This document shows, piece by piece, positions 1 through 9,466 of a stretch of DNA of 64,000 bases. The DNA is taken from the NCBI RefSeq assembly GCF_004104415.1, contig NZ_CP034669.1; one strand, written 5' to 3'. How positions within the stretch are numbered: position 1 is the first letter of the stretch; the number at the start of each line of letters is the position of its first letter. Position numbers and translations under genes: made by a program. This DNA comes from Corallococcus coralloides (GTDB taxonomy: Bacteria; Myxococcota; Myxococcia; Myxococcales; Myxococcaceae). Under the pieces are notes generated by a model that searched no databases, had not been told where the DNA came from, and saw only the letters and a program-made list of their open reading frames with translations.

Positions 1-589
1 TCACCACCATCAACGGGATGAGCTTCTCCGGGAACTGGTAGCGGCCGTAGTTGTTCGAGCAGCGCGTCACCACCACGTCCATCTTGAAGGTGTGGTGGTA
101 GGCGAGCGCGACCAGGTCCGAGGACGTCTTGGAGGCGGAGTACGGGCTGGAGGGCTGGAGCGGAGAGGTCTCCGTGAAGGCGCCCGTGGGGCCCAGCGAG
201 CCGTAGACCTCGTCGGTGGAGACCATCAGGAAGCGCTTCACGCCCCGGGCGCGGCAGGCCTCCAGCAGCTGCTGGGTGCCCAGCACGTTGGTGTGGATGA
301 ACACCTCCGGGCCCAGGATGGAGCGGTCCACGTGGCTTTCGGCCGCCAGGTGCATCACCGCGTCGATGCCGTGCTGGACGAGGAGGTGCTCCACCAGCTC
401 CCGGTTGGCGATGTCACCGCGCACGAAGACGTGCCGCGGGTCACCTTCCAGGTCGGCGAGGGTCTCGAGGTTGCCCGCGTACGTGAGCTTGTCGAGGTTG
501 ACGATCTTCCAGTCGGGCCGCTCGCGGCGGAGGTACTTCACCAGGTTGGAGCCGATGAAGCCGCAGCCCCCTGTCACCAGGACGTTCAT
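1..589 (-). CDS. rfbB: dTDP-glucose 4,6-dehydratase (NAD-dependent epimerase/dehydratase). The N-terminus is at 589 and the 3' part runs off the window start.
   Basis: The reverse-strand translation from ATG (cat at 587-589) reads MNVLVTGGCGFIGSNLVKYL...NLDKLTYAGNLETL...STDEVYG...YSASKTSSDLV. This shows a Rossmann GxxGxxG motif plus the YxxxK catalytic motif typical of RmlB. The ORF is absent from the ORF track because it is truncated by the window edge. Confidence 0.85.
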   Translation of the reverse strand, partial: MNVLVTGGCGFIGSNLVKYLRRERPDWKIVNLDKLTYAGNLETLADLEGDPRHVFVRGDIANRELVEHLLVQHGIDAVMHLAAESHVDRSILGPEVFIHTNVLGTQQLLEACRARGVKRFLMVSTDEVYGSLGPTGAFTETSPLQPSSPYSASKTSSDLVALAYHHTFKMDVVVTRCSNNYGRYQFPEKLIPLMVV

Positions 590-703
590 TGACACGCCAC
601 CACTCGTACGTCGGGAGAAAGCGCCCTCCGTAGCGGAGGGACGGATCCCCGTCAAGGCACGCGCGCGCCCACTTGTGGCCGGTGCGGGCCAGGGGTAAAT
701 GCC

Positions 704-2350
704 TTGCCCAACGTGAGCCTCTGGAACAGCAAGCGAGGGACCGCGTCCTCGGGCGCCGGAGCGGTCCACCAGCTCGTACCGCGGCTGGCCTGGGGCGACG
801 CCGTGGGCAACCAGGTGCGCTACCTGCGCGACCTCCTGCGCGGCTGGGGGTACGCGTCGGAGATCTACGCGGAGCAGTGGGACGAGGCGTGCCGGGACGA
901 CGTGCGCCCCGCGCTCGAGTACGCGCGCGACGCGGGCCGGGACACGGCGCTGCTCGTCCACCACAGCTTCGAGTCGCGGCTGGTGCCGCTCGTCGCCAAG
1001 GCGAAGGGGCGCAAGGCGCTGCTGTACCACAACGTCACCCCCGCGCGGTTCTTCGAGGGGACGGACCGCCACGTCGCCCGCGGCTGCATGCTGGCGCGCG
1101 ACGAGCTGCTCCAACTGCGCGAGCACGTGACGCACGCCTGGGCGTACTCGCACTTCAGCGTGGAGGAGCTGTCCGCCGCGGGGTACCCGGACGCGAGCGT
1201 CCTGCCCTTCGCGGTGGACTGGAACGCCTTCGACGTGCCGCCGGACGCGGCCCTGCGCGAGCAGGTGGAGGATGGGTGCGCCAACGTGCTCTTCGTGGGC
1301 CGCACCGTGCCCAGCAAGCGGCTGGAGGACGTGCTGCGCGTCTTCACCGCCTACCAGCGCCTGTACCAGCCCAAGAGCCGGCTGCTGGTGGCGGGGACGC
1401 TCTACAGCAGCGCGCCCTACGACGCGTCCGTGCTGGCGCTGCGCGAGCAGCTGGGGCCGGACCGCGTGGTGTTCCTGGGGCGGGTGGACGCCGCCCAGCT
1501 GTCCGCGTGCTTCGCCTCCGCCACCGCGTACCTCTCCATGAGCCGCCACGAGGGCTTCGGCGTGCCGCTGCTGGAGGCCATGTACCGGGGCGTGCCGGTG
1601 GTGGCCTACGGCGCCGCGGCGGTGCCGGAGACCATGGGCGGCGCGGGCCTCACCACCCTGTCGGACGACCCCGCGCAGGTGGCGGGGCTGCTGGCGGTGC
1701 TGGAGCGCGACCCCGCCCTGCGCGCGAAGGTGGTGGAGGCGCAGCGCCAGCGACTGGCCTCCCTGAACCAGCAGTCCGTGGCCCAGCGCGTGCGCGAGGC
1801 GCTCATGCCCTTCCTCCAGGGGGACGCGCCCCCTCCCCGCCCGTCCGCCGCGTCCGCCGTCACCGTCGTGTGCCCGGGCTTCGACGCCGCGCCGGACGCG
1901 CCCATGTCCCGGTTGGCGCGCGCGGTGGTGGACCGGCTGCCGGACGCGAGCCTGTGGACGGTGCGCCGGCAGGTGCTGCCCCTGCAGCTGGCCCCGGGTG
2001 AAGAGCGCGAGGGGGTGACGCGGGTGCGGCGCTTCACGCCGGACGAGCCCACCTTCGGGTTGGACGGGGTCAGCCCGCCGTCGTCGTCCCTGGAGACGGG
2101 GGTGCGGTGCGCCTCCGGGCCGTTGCTGTTCGCGGGCGCGGGTGAAGAGGTGGCCCGGCGCACGGTGTCGCGGCTGCCGGCGGAGCTGCGCGTCGCGGGC
2201 GTCTGGGAGCCCCGCCGCGCGCCGGACGCGGGCGTCCGCCAGGTCCTGGGAAAGAGGCTGTGGGAGCTCGCCCCGGGGCGCGACCTGACGTCGCTGGCGG
2301 CGGAGCTGGCAAGGGAGCTGGACGTGGGAGGACACCCGCATGCGCGCTGA
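704..2350 (+). CDS. Glycosyltransferase family 4 (GT-B, group 1) with a C-terminal extension
   Basis: The 548-aa ORF contains the GT4 signature region SMSRHEGFGVPLLEAMYRGVPVVAYG (EX7E-like). It is divergent from rfbB and sits in a glycan cluster. Confidence 0.8.
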   Translation: MPNVSLWNSKRGTASSGAGAVHQLVPRLAWGDAVGNQVRYLRDLLRGWGYASEIYAEQWDEACRDDVRPALEYARDAGRDTALLVHHSFESRLVPLVAKAKGRKALLYHNVTPARFFEGTDRHVARGCMLARDELLQLREHVTHAWAYSHFSVEELSAAGYPDASVLPFAVDWNAFDVPPDAALREQVEDGCANVLFVGRTVPSKRLEDVLRVFTAYQRLYQPKSRLLVAGTLYSSAPYDASVLALREQLGPDRVVFLGRVDAAQLSACFASATAYLSMSRHEGFGVPLLEAMYRGVPVVAYGAAAVPETMGGAGLTTLSDDPAQVAGLLAVLERDPALRAKVVEAQRQRLASLNQQSVAQRVREALMPFLQGDAPPPRPSAASAVTVVCPGFDAAPDAPMSRLARAVVDRLPDASLWTVRRQVLPLQLAPGEEREGVTRVRRFTPDEPTFGLDGVSPPSSSLETGVRCASGPLLFAGAGEEVARRTVSRLPAELRVAGVWEPRRAPDAGVRQVLGKRLWELAPGRDLTSLAAELARELDVGGHPHAR

Positions 2351-2867
2351 GGACCTCATCACCGACGACCCCACCGTGGAGGCGGTGCTGGAGTCCCTGG
2401 AGCGGCTGCCCACGCCCGAGCCCGAGAAGGTGGAGGCGCTGCGCCGGCGCCTCGCCGCCACCCAGACACAGGCCCCCAGCGCCGCGTGGCCCCCGTTCCT
2501 GGAGGGCGCGCGGCTGAAGCGCGACGCGCGCTACGCGGATCCGCCCTCGTCCCACCGGCCCCTGGTGGGGCCCGCGCTGGTGATGGCCAAGCGCGCCTTC
2601 CGGCTGGCGTTCCAGCCCTTCATCAACGAGGCGCTCCGGCGGCAGGTGGAGTTCAACGAGGCCATCCTGGATGCGCTCGCGCTCATCCACGAGCACCAGC
2701 GCGTCCAGGCGCGCACGCAGTCCCTGTGGCGCCAGGAGGTGGAGCGCCAGTTGGAGCAGCTGACCTCGCGCGTGCCTCCGGCCCCGCCGGAGCCTTCACC
2801 AGAGCCCGCTGGGGAGCCCGCTCAGGAGCCGCCGCGCCGTGCGCCCTCGCGGCGCCGTGGCCGCTAG
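2340..2867 (+). CDS. Hypothetical protein. Its start overlaps the GT4 stop by 11 nt.
   Basis: The 175-aa ORF begins ATGCGCGCTGA, overlapping the upstream stop. It has a mixed, non-Arg-dominated composition and is co-directional with the flanking glycan genes. No recognisable domain was found. Confidence 0.4.
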   Translation: MRAEDLITDDPTVEAVLESLERLPTPEPEKVEALRRRLAATQTQAPSAAWPPFLEGARLKRDARYADPPSSHRPLVGPALVMAKRAFRLAFQPFINEALRRQVEFNEAILDALALIHEHQRVQARTQSLWRQEVERQLEQLTSRVPPAPPEPSPEPAGEPAQEPPRRAPSRRRGR

Positions 2868-3115
2868 CCCTCCTGTCGGACACGTGACGGGGGACGCGGG
2901 GAACGACAGCCTGGCGGACCGGGCCACGCCCTGAAGCGGCTCCCCCGGCCGCTCGTCTCCCTGGCCGGCCAGGGGCTGGGCGCGGTGGCCCGGGGCCCGA
3001 GCCTGGAGGATGCGGGTATCTTCAAATCGCGCGCGTGAGCGGGAACCGGGCGTAGCGGGTTGTTCCCGTGTGCCCTGAAACGATAGAAGGCCCGGAAGAC
3101 GCAGGAGAGGGCTGA

Positions 3116-3814
3116 ATGGACACCCGACAGGGCCTCATCGTGTTGCTGGCCTTCAACGAAGAGGAGTGCATCGGCTCGACGGTGGCGGAGCTGCGCGAAG
3201 CGCTGCCGGAGTTCGACGTGCTCGTCGTGGACGACGGCTCCCGCGACGCCACGGCGCAGCGCGCGCGGGAGGGCGGTGCGCGGGTGCTCAGCCATCCCTT
3301 CAACCTGGGCGTCGCCGCGGGCGAGGCCAGCGGCCTGCTGTTCGCGTCCCGCAACGGGTACGAGCACGTCATCCGCATGGACGGCGACGGCCAGCATGAT
3401 CCGGCGTCCGTGCCCGCGCTGCGCGAGGCGCTCCAGTCGGGCGTGGAGCTGGTCATCGGCAGCCGCTTCGCGGGCGTCACCAGCTTCCGCTCCACGTGGC
3501 TGCGCCGCTTCGGAAACCGGTTCCTCGCGGGGCTCCTGTCCTCGCTGAGCCGCCACCGCATCACCGACCCCACCTCCGGCTTCCGGGGCTTCGGCCCGCA
3601 GGCGATCCGCTTCTTCGCGCGCGTCCACCCGCACGACTACCCGGAGCCGGAGAGCGTGCTGATGGCGGCGCGCCAGGGCTTCGCCATCGCGGAGGTGCCG
3701 GTGCGCATGCGTCCGCGCCTCACCGGCACCAGCTCGCTGACGCCGTGGAAGTCGGCCTTCTACATGGCGAAGGTGTCCTTCGCCCTGCTCATGGAGCGGG
3801 TCCGTCCCGTCTGA
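3116..3814 (+). CDS. GT2 polyprenyl-phosphate sugar synthase (dolichol-phosphate mannosyltransferase / ArnC / GtrB-like)
   Basis: The 232-aa ORF contains LIVLLAFNEEECIG...VLVVDDGSRDAT...MDGDGQHDP...TSGFRGF, a GT-A fold with DXD and the typical DPM/GtrB length. A GGAGAG RBS lies upstream. Confidence 0.85.
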   Translation: MDTRQGLIVLLAFNEEECIGSTVAELREALPEFDVLVVDDGSRDATAQRAREGGARVLSHPFNLGVAAGEASGLLFASRNGYEHVIRMDGDGQHDPASVPALREALQSGVELVIGSRFAGVTSFRSTWLRRFGNRFLAGLLSSLSRHRITDPTSGFRGFGPQAIRFFARVHPHDYPEPESVLMAARQGFAIAEVPVRMRPRLTGTSSLTPWKSAFYMAKVSFALLMERVRPV

Positions 3815-3819
3815 TTCCC

Positions 3820-4230
3820 ATGTTTCGCTCCAGCCTCATTGGCGTGGCCTTCGCGGCCGCCTTCGCCTTCAGCGTCCTGTGGTCGGCCCGGGGCCGGCGC
3901 ACCAGCGAGCGGCACACCTTCGCGTGGCTGCTGGTGGCGTTGGCCATCGGGGGCCTGTCGCTGTGGCGCCACGGCATCGACGCGCTGGCGACGGCGATGG
4001 GCATCTACTACGCCCCGTCCGCCCTCTTCTTCATCGCCCTGTCGTGCCTCATGTGGCTGGTGTACCGGCTGAGCCTCCAGGTGGCCGACCAGCGCCAGCA
4101 GCTCAAGCGGCTGGCCCAGGAGGTCGCCCTGCTCTCCTCCGCGGAGGCCGAGCGCGCCGCGCGTGCGCAGCTCCGTCCTGAAGCCCTCTCCCCCGCCGTC
4201 GCAGCCCGGCGCGACTCGCACGCCGTCTGA
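3820..4230 (+). CDS. Small 4-TM membrane protein (DUF2304/GtrA-like) partnered with the GT2
   Basis: An ATG at 3820 follows the GT2 stop by 5 nt. The product MFRSSLIGVAFAAAFAFSVLW...LLVALAIGGLSLW...YYAPSALFFIALSCLMWLVY has hydrophobic helices and a charged C-terminal tail. Confidence 0.6.
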   Translation: MFRSSLIGVAFAAAFAFSVLWSARGRRTSERHTFAWLLVALAIGGLSLWRHGIDALATAMGIYYAPSALFFIALSCLMWLVYRLSLQVADQRQQLKRLAQEVALLSSAEAERAARAQLRPEALSPAVAARRDSHAV

Positions 4231-4256
4231 GGGCCCACCGGGCCCCCCCGTCCTCC

Positions 4257-5657
4257 ATGCTTCCGTCTTCCACCCCGTCCCCGTCCCCGCTGCGTCCGTT
4301 CTTCATCGCGCCCGTCGTGGCCTTCCTCGTCGTGGCCGCCGTGCTGGGCGCGGTGCTGAGCTTCCTCACGCCCCCGTTCCAGGTGGCGGACGAGCCGGCG
4401 CACTTCTACCGCGCGTATCAGATCTCCCAGGGGCAGCTGACGGCCACGCGGATTCCCGGAGGTGACGCGGGCGGGCAGCTCCCGCGCAGCATCGTGCGGG
4501 TGGCGCAGGACGTGTCCGCGGGCGTGGGCGGCAATCCCGGGGCGCGCCAGGACCGGCAGCGTCTGCGCGAGGCGATGCACGCGGCGCTGGCCCCCCAGGA
4601 CACCCAGGAGTGGGGCTTCGCCGCGTCCTCCATCTACTTCCCGCTGGTCTACTTCCCGCAGTCGCTGGGCATGGCGCCCGCGCGGATGATGGAGGCGCCC
4701 CCGGTGGTGGTGCTGTGGGCGGGCCGGCTGGCCAACATGCTGGTGGCGCTGGTGCTCACCGCGGTGGCGCTGCGCCTGATGCCCTTCCAGCGGTGGGCCT
4801 TCGCGCTGCTGGCGCTCACGCCCATGGTGCTCTTCCAGCGCGCGTCCGTGTCCGCGGACCCCATCACGATGTCGGCGTGCCTGCTGCTGGTGGCGCTGTC
4901 GCTGCACTTCACGTTCGCGCACCCGGGGCCGCTGGGCGCGAAGCAGCTGGGCCTGCTGCTGGCGAGCGCGGTGTTCGTGGCGCTGTGCAAGCAGGCCTAC
5001 CTGCCGCTGTCGCTGGTGTTCCTGCTGCTGCCGCTCGCCCGGCTGGGGACGCGCGTCCGCTACGCCCTGGCCCTGGCCGCCATCGTCGCCGTGCCCGCGC
5101 TGCTCCAGTTCGCGTGGTCCTCCACGGTGCGGGACATCTTCCGGCCCAGCGAGGTGGTGGCGCAGGTGGCCCACGTGCGCGCGCACCCCTTCCAGGTGCT
5201 GGGCGTGCTGGTGAGTGACTTCTGGAAGAGGCTGCCGGACTTCCTGCACCAGGGCGGCGGCGTGCTGGGCTGGCTGGACACGCCGGTGCCCCGCGCCGCC
5301 CTCTTCGCCCTGGCCGCGCTGCTCTTCGGGGTGATGGCGCTGGACGCCGACAAGGCCGCGCCGAAGGTGGGCTGGCGCGAGCGCGCGGTGGCGCTGGGGG
5401 TGGCGGTGGCGGGCGTGCTGGCCATCCAGGCCATGCTGTACCTGGCGTGGACGGCGCCGGGCGCGAACCACGTGGACGGGGTGCAGGGCCGCTACCTGCT
5501 GCCCTACGCGCCGCTGCTGGTGGTGGCGCTGGCCCCGCCCGCCTGGGTGCCGAGCGGGCTGACGCGCTTCAAGCCGGTGCTCATCGCCGGCTTCCTCCTG
5601 CTCACCGCGGCGGTGACGCTCACCACGGTGTACCAGCGCTACTACGGCCCGGCGTAG
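4257..5657 (+). CDS. Large polytopic membrane protein (DUF2142-like), putative GT-C-type periplasmic glycosyltransferase
   Basis: The 466-aa ORF has more than 10 predicted TM helices and loop motifs (e.g. FQVADEPAHFYRAYQ). It lies immediately downstream of the GT2 and small membrane protein, in the same orientation. Confidence 0.65.
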   Translation: MLPSSTPSPSPLRPFFIAPVVAFLVVAAVLGAVLSFLTPPFQVADEPAHFYRAYQISQGQLTATRIPGGDAGGQLPRSIVRVAQDVSAGVGGNPGARQDRQRLREAMHAALAPQDTQEWGFAASSIYFPLVYFPQSLGMAPARMMEAPPVVVLWAGRLANMLVALVLTAVALRLMPFQRWAFALLALTPMVLFQRASVSADPITMSACLLLVALSLHFTFAHPGPLGAKQLGLLLASAVFVALCKQAYLPLSLVFLLLPLARLGTRVRYALALAAIVAVPALLQFAWSSTVRDIFRPSEVVAQVAHVRAHPFQVLGVLVSDFWKRLPDFLHQGGGVLGWLDTPVPRAALFALAALLFGVMALDADKAAPKVGWRERAVALGVAVAGVLAIQAMLYLAWTAPGANHVDGVQGRYLLPYAPLLVVALAPPAWVPSGLTRFKPVLIAGFLLLTAAVTLTTVYQRYYGPA

Positions 5658-5699
5658 GCGCCGGGCCGGGGCTTCGTCACTCCCAGCCTCCCCCGCGGT

Positions 5700-8600
5700 T
5701 CAGCGGTGGGTGGCCGCGGCGCTGGCGGTCGCGAGGGGCGTGCTTCGCGCGGCGGGCGGCGTCACCAGGCCGGCCAGGAGCCCGTGGAGCTCTCGGGCCT
5801 GGGTCACGTAGTCGCGCACGGCGGCGCGGTGGGGGTTCTGGTACCGCTCCAGACGCTCCGGGTGGGCCATCAGGTCGCGCAGCACGCGGCGGTAGCCTTC
5901 AGCGTCGCCAATGGCCAGGACGTTGCCGTTGACGCCATCCACGATGTCCTCGCTGACGCCACCCGACGCAGTGGTGACGACCCACACGTTCCGGGCCAGG
6001 GCCTCGCGCACCGCCAACCCGAAGCTCTCCTTCCACTGCGAGGGCATCAGCAGCACGTCCACGCCGTCGAAGAAGGCGTCCAGGCCGTCCTGATCATACG
6101 GAGGCACCACCTCCACCTGCCCCTTCACCTTCCATTCCTTCGCGTCGATGGCGGCGGGCCCCAGGCGCAGCTGGATGTCGGTCATCTTCAGGACCCAGTG
6201 GGACTCCGGCACCGACTCCAGGATGTCCTTGAGCCAGAAGTACCCCTTGTGCACCGCGCGGCCGCCCAGGTAGGCGAAGCGCACCGGGGCGTTCGCGGGG
6301 CGCGGGGCGCGCTCGCGGCCGGGCATCAGCACGCCGTTCTTGTTCACGGCGATGCGCTCCGGCGCGATGCCGTTGGCGATGTAGAGCTGGCGCTGGAACT
6401 CGCTGGGCGTCATCAGCAGGGCCGCGCCGTCCAGCACCTTGCGCAGGGCGAACGTGCGCTTGAAGGTGTAGCGCGAGTCCGGCATGCACTTGGAGCACAC
6501 GCGCAGGTCGATGGCCTTCTGGTCGCAGTACGAGTTGTCCTCGCGGACCATGAACTGCCGCTCGCACAGCCACCACGCGTCATGGAGGGTGATGGTGTAC
6601 GGGATGCCCTCCGCGGCGCACGCCGTGGCGAGCGTGGCGCTCAAGAGCTGGATGGAGTGGAAGTGCACCACGTCCGGGCGCACCGTCTTGAGCACCTGGG
6701 TGAAGGTCTCCCCCATGCGCGGGTTCTGGTACTCCTGGGCGCGGTCCGTGAGGGACGGCACCTTGGTGGCGATGACGGGCAGGCCCATCGCCTCGTAGCG
6801 CACCACCGAGTAGTCGGGCAGCGTCGAGCCGACGATGCCGGTGAACACGGTGACGTCGCAGCCCTCCGCCTTCAGCCGGTCCGACACCTGCTCCGCGACG
6901 ATGGTGGCCCCGCCGAAGCTCAGGGGCGCGAAGAGGACGTTGACCGCCAGCACCTTGAGGCGCGGCGGCGGCGCGGGCGGCAGGTGCTGGAGGATGGGCT
7001 GGAGCCGCTCCGTGGCCACCACCGCGGGGTGGTAGCGCGCCATCACGCTGCGGTGGGCCTCCTCGCCCATGCGCTTGCGCAGCGACGCGTCCTGCACCAG
7101 CGCGGACAGCGCGGACTCCCACTCCTCACGGGTGGTGGCGAGGAAGCCGTTGCGGCCATGCTCGAGGATCTCCCGGAACGGCCCGGTGCTGGAGCACACC
7201 GCGGGCACGCGGAAGACGGACGCCTCGATGAACTTGATGTTGCTCTTGGCTTCGTTGAAGACCGTCGGCTCCAGCGGCGCGATGGAGATCTGCCAGGACG
7301 CGAGCGCGCGCAGGTAGTCCTCCGCGTCCAGGAAGGGGATGCGGAAGATGCGGTCGGAGAAGCGCTTGAAGCCCTCCGGCAGCTCCAGGTAGCCGTGGAT
7401 GGCCAGGCGCACGTTCGCATGGCGCTCCATCACCGCGAGGATGGCGTCGGCGGCGATGGTGAAGTCGGCGTCGTGCGTGCGCGTTCCGCTGCCGTAGCCG
7501 ATGGTGACCCAGTCCGGATCCACCGCGGGCGGGCGCGCCTCCATCTCCTTCGCCACCTCCAGGATGACGTCGTCCAGGCAGTTCTCGACGATGTAGACCT
7601 TGCCGGAGTTGGCCTTGGCCATCTCCCTCGCGAGGGTGGGCGTGCTGGCGATGGCGTTCGCGCTCAGGCTGAGCGCCCTGCGGTATTGCCGCACGCCGTT
7701 GACGAGCAGCTCGCGCTCGGCGGCGGGCAGCCGCAGCACGTTGGAGTTCCGCTCGTACTCCTCCACGTCGAAGATGAGGTCGTCGACGTCGAAGAAGTGC
7801 GGGAGGCCCAGGCGCCGGGTCTCCGCCAGCAGCTCCTCCACGGCCGGGTAGGCGGGCACGCGGTAGTAGATGACCAGGCCGTGGAACTGGAGCGCGGCCT
7901 TGCACTCCGCGTGGTCGTGCCAGTTCACGACGGTGACGTCGTACCCGAGCCGGTGGAACATGGCGACCTTCTGATCCACGCGGTAGCGCTTGCACTGGGG
8001 CAGCGACAGCTCCGCGATGATCAGGATGCGCTGTCCCATGCTGGCCTGGGAGACCGGGGTCAGCGGCACGGTCCACGGAGACGGGGGCGCGGGCGGCGCG
8101 CTCGGGGCCGGGGCCACGAGCGCCGAGGAGGGGGCGACGGGGGTGGCCGGCGTGAGGGCGGCCTTGGCGGCGCGCAGCGCCTGGAGCGCGCGCTGCTTCG
8201 CGGGCAGCCGGATCAGCTTCGCGCCCACCTTGTGCAGCGTGCCCTTGCTCTGCTGGTAGAAGTGGCCGCGCTTCGTGCCGGGGGGCAGCACGCGCTCGCG
8301 CATGGCCCAGTAGCGGTTGATGGCCTTCCAGGCGAGGCTGCCGTTGATGTGCGCCAGCTCCGAGCCCTGGCGCGACACGTGCGCGTCCAGTTCGTGGATG
8401 CGGGCGTTCTTGCGGCCCAGCTCGTCCTGGAGCATCCGCTGGGCCAGGCCCAGCCGCGCGAGCCGGCCTTCGGTCTCGCGCAGGGTGCTCGCGGTGTCGC
8501 GCGCCGCTTCACGGGCGGCGTCCAGCTCCGCCTGGAGCTGCTGCGCCTGGCGCGCGTGCTCCGCGGCCTGCTGTTCCTTCTGTCCGTAGGCGTCGCGCAG

Positions 8601-9389
8601 GTGCTGCTGGTGCAGCAGGAGCGACAGGCGCCCGCCCAGCGTGGCGAAGGCCTGCCGCAGGTGTTCGCGCTCCGCGTCGCGGGTGCTCGTCAGGGCCACC
8701 ATCCCTTCCGGCTGCTCCGGGCCCACGGCGAGCACGCCCAGACCGAAGCCGTGCTCGAACTCGAAGGAGGGAAACTGGCCCTGGATCTCCTCCCACAGCC
8801 GCCAGACGCCGAAGTTGCGCTCGCGCACCTGGGTGTCGTGGAAGAGGATGACGCCGCGCGCGCTCATCTTGGGGCGCCAGCGCTCGAAGTCCGCCTTCAC
8901 CTGCTCGTATTCGTGGCAGCCATCGATGTGGAGCAGGTCGACGGAGCCGTCCGCGAACTGGCCCAGGGCCTCGTCGAAGGTCATCGGGTGCAGCTGGGAG
9001 AACCGGCTGTAGCGCGGGTCATGGTGCGCGCGCAGGTCCGCGAGCACCTCCGGCCCGTAGAAGCCCGCTTGCGGGTCACCCTTCCAGGTGTCCACCGCGT
9101 GGCAGCGCGTCTCCAGCTTCAGCGCGTCCACCGCCTGACAGAACGCGGAGTAGGACACGCCGGTGTGCGTGCCCAGCTCCACCAGCGTCGCGGGACGCAG
9201 CAGGTCCACCAGGAACATCGCGAACGGGACGTGCTCCACCCAGGCGGAGGAGGCCAGCAGCCTCAGGGGCTGCGTGAGGCAGAGGGGATGTTCCAGGGGA
9301 TTGAGCTGTGAATGCATGTTCGTGACGTCCGGAAGGCAGACCCTCGCGGCAGGCAAGGCACGCCCCCCTCCTTGGCGGATGTCCTCCAT
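5700..9389 (-). CDS. Multidomain protein: N-terminal class I SAM-dependent methyltransferase (Methyltransf_24/CmcI-like), a coiled-coil region, then tandem GT-B (GT4-like) glycosyltransferase domains. It is WbdD/WbdA-like.
   Basis: The 1229-aa ORF has N-terminal [15 protein letters not shown]...[37 protein letters not shown] and a Gln/Ala/Arg-rich heptad-like segment at about aa 250-340. The C-terminus has ...[29 protein letters not shown] (the GT4 E-x7-E region). A strong GGAGGGGG RBS lies 5 nt upstream of the ATG at 9389. Confidence 0.8.
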   Translation of the reverse strand: MEDIRQGGGRALPAARVCLPDVTNMHSQLNPLEHPLCLTQPLRLLASSAWVEHVPFAMFLVDLLRPATLVELGTHTGVSYSAFCQAVDALKLETRCHAVDTWKGDPQAGFYGPEVLADLRAHHDPRYSRFSQLHPMTFDEALGQFADGSVDLLHIDGCHEYEQVKADFERWRPKMSARGVILFHDTQVRERNFGVWRLWEEIQGQFPSFEFEHGFGLGVLAVGPEQPEGMVALTSTRDAEREHLRQAFATLGGRLSLLLHQQHLRDAYGQKEQQAAEHARQAQQLQAELDAAREAARDTASTLRETEGRLARLGLAQRMLQDELGRKNARIHELDAHVSRQGSELAHINGSLAWKAINRYWAMRERVLPPGTKRGHFYQQSKGTLHKVGAKLIRLPAKQRALQALRAAKAALTPATPVAPSSALVAPAPSAPPAPPSPWTVPLTPVSQASMGQRILIIAELSLPQCKRYRVDQKVAMFHRLGYDVTVVNWHDHAECKAALQFHGLVIYYRVPAYPAVEELLAETRRLGLPHFFDVDDLIFDVEEYERNSNVLRLPAAERELLVNGVRQYRRALSLSANAIASTPTLAREMAKANSGKVYIVENCLDDVILEVAKEMEARPPAVDPDWVTIGYGSGTRTHDADFTIAADAILAVMERHANVRLAIHGYLELPEGFKRFSDRIFRIPFLDAEDYLRALASWQISIAPLEPTVFNEAKSNIKFIEASVFRVPAVCSSTGPFREILEHGRNGFLATTREEWESALSALVQDASLRKRMGEEAHRSVMARYHPAVVATERLQPILQHLPPAPPPRLKVLAVNVLFAPLSFGGATIVAEQVSDRLKAEGCDVTVFTGIVGSTLPDYSVVRYEAMGLPVIATKVPSLTDRAQEYQNPRMGETFTQVLKTVRPDVVHFHSIQLLSATLATACAAEGIPYTITLHDAWWLCERQFMVREDNSYCDQKAIDLRVCSKCMPDSRYTFKRTFALRKVLDGAALLMTPSEFQRQLYIANGIAPERIAVNKNGVLMPGRERAPRPANAPVRFAYLGGRAVHKGYFWLKDILESVPESHWVLKMTDIQLRLGPAAIDAKEWKVKGQVEVVPPYDQDGLDAFFDGVDVLLMPSQWKESFGLAVREALARNVWVVTTASGGVSEDIVDGVNGNVLAIGDAEGYRRVLRDLMAHPERLERYQNPHRAAVRDYVTQARELHGLLAGLVTPPAARSTPLATASAAATHR

Positions 9390-9466
9390 GGCATCCCCCT
9401 CCGGGGAGCGTCAAGGCTGGCAGGCCGCCCGCTCCTCGTGGGAGGAGGCGCGTTCGCTGTTCTTTT

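Noticed and set aside
92-698. Two plus-strand ORFs (92-592, 216-698) at the window start
   Set aside because: They are antisense to the clearly recognisable dTDP-glucose 4,6-dehydratase N-terminus on the minus strand. They are Arg/Gly-rich.
5706-9311. 1201-aa plus-strand ORF antisense to the MT-GT fusion gene
   Set aside because: It is an exact mirror of a minus-strand gene with clear domains. Its product is Arg/Gly/Ala/Val-rich low-complexity with no motifs. This is a typical open antisense frame in 70% GC DNA.
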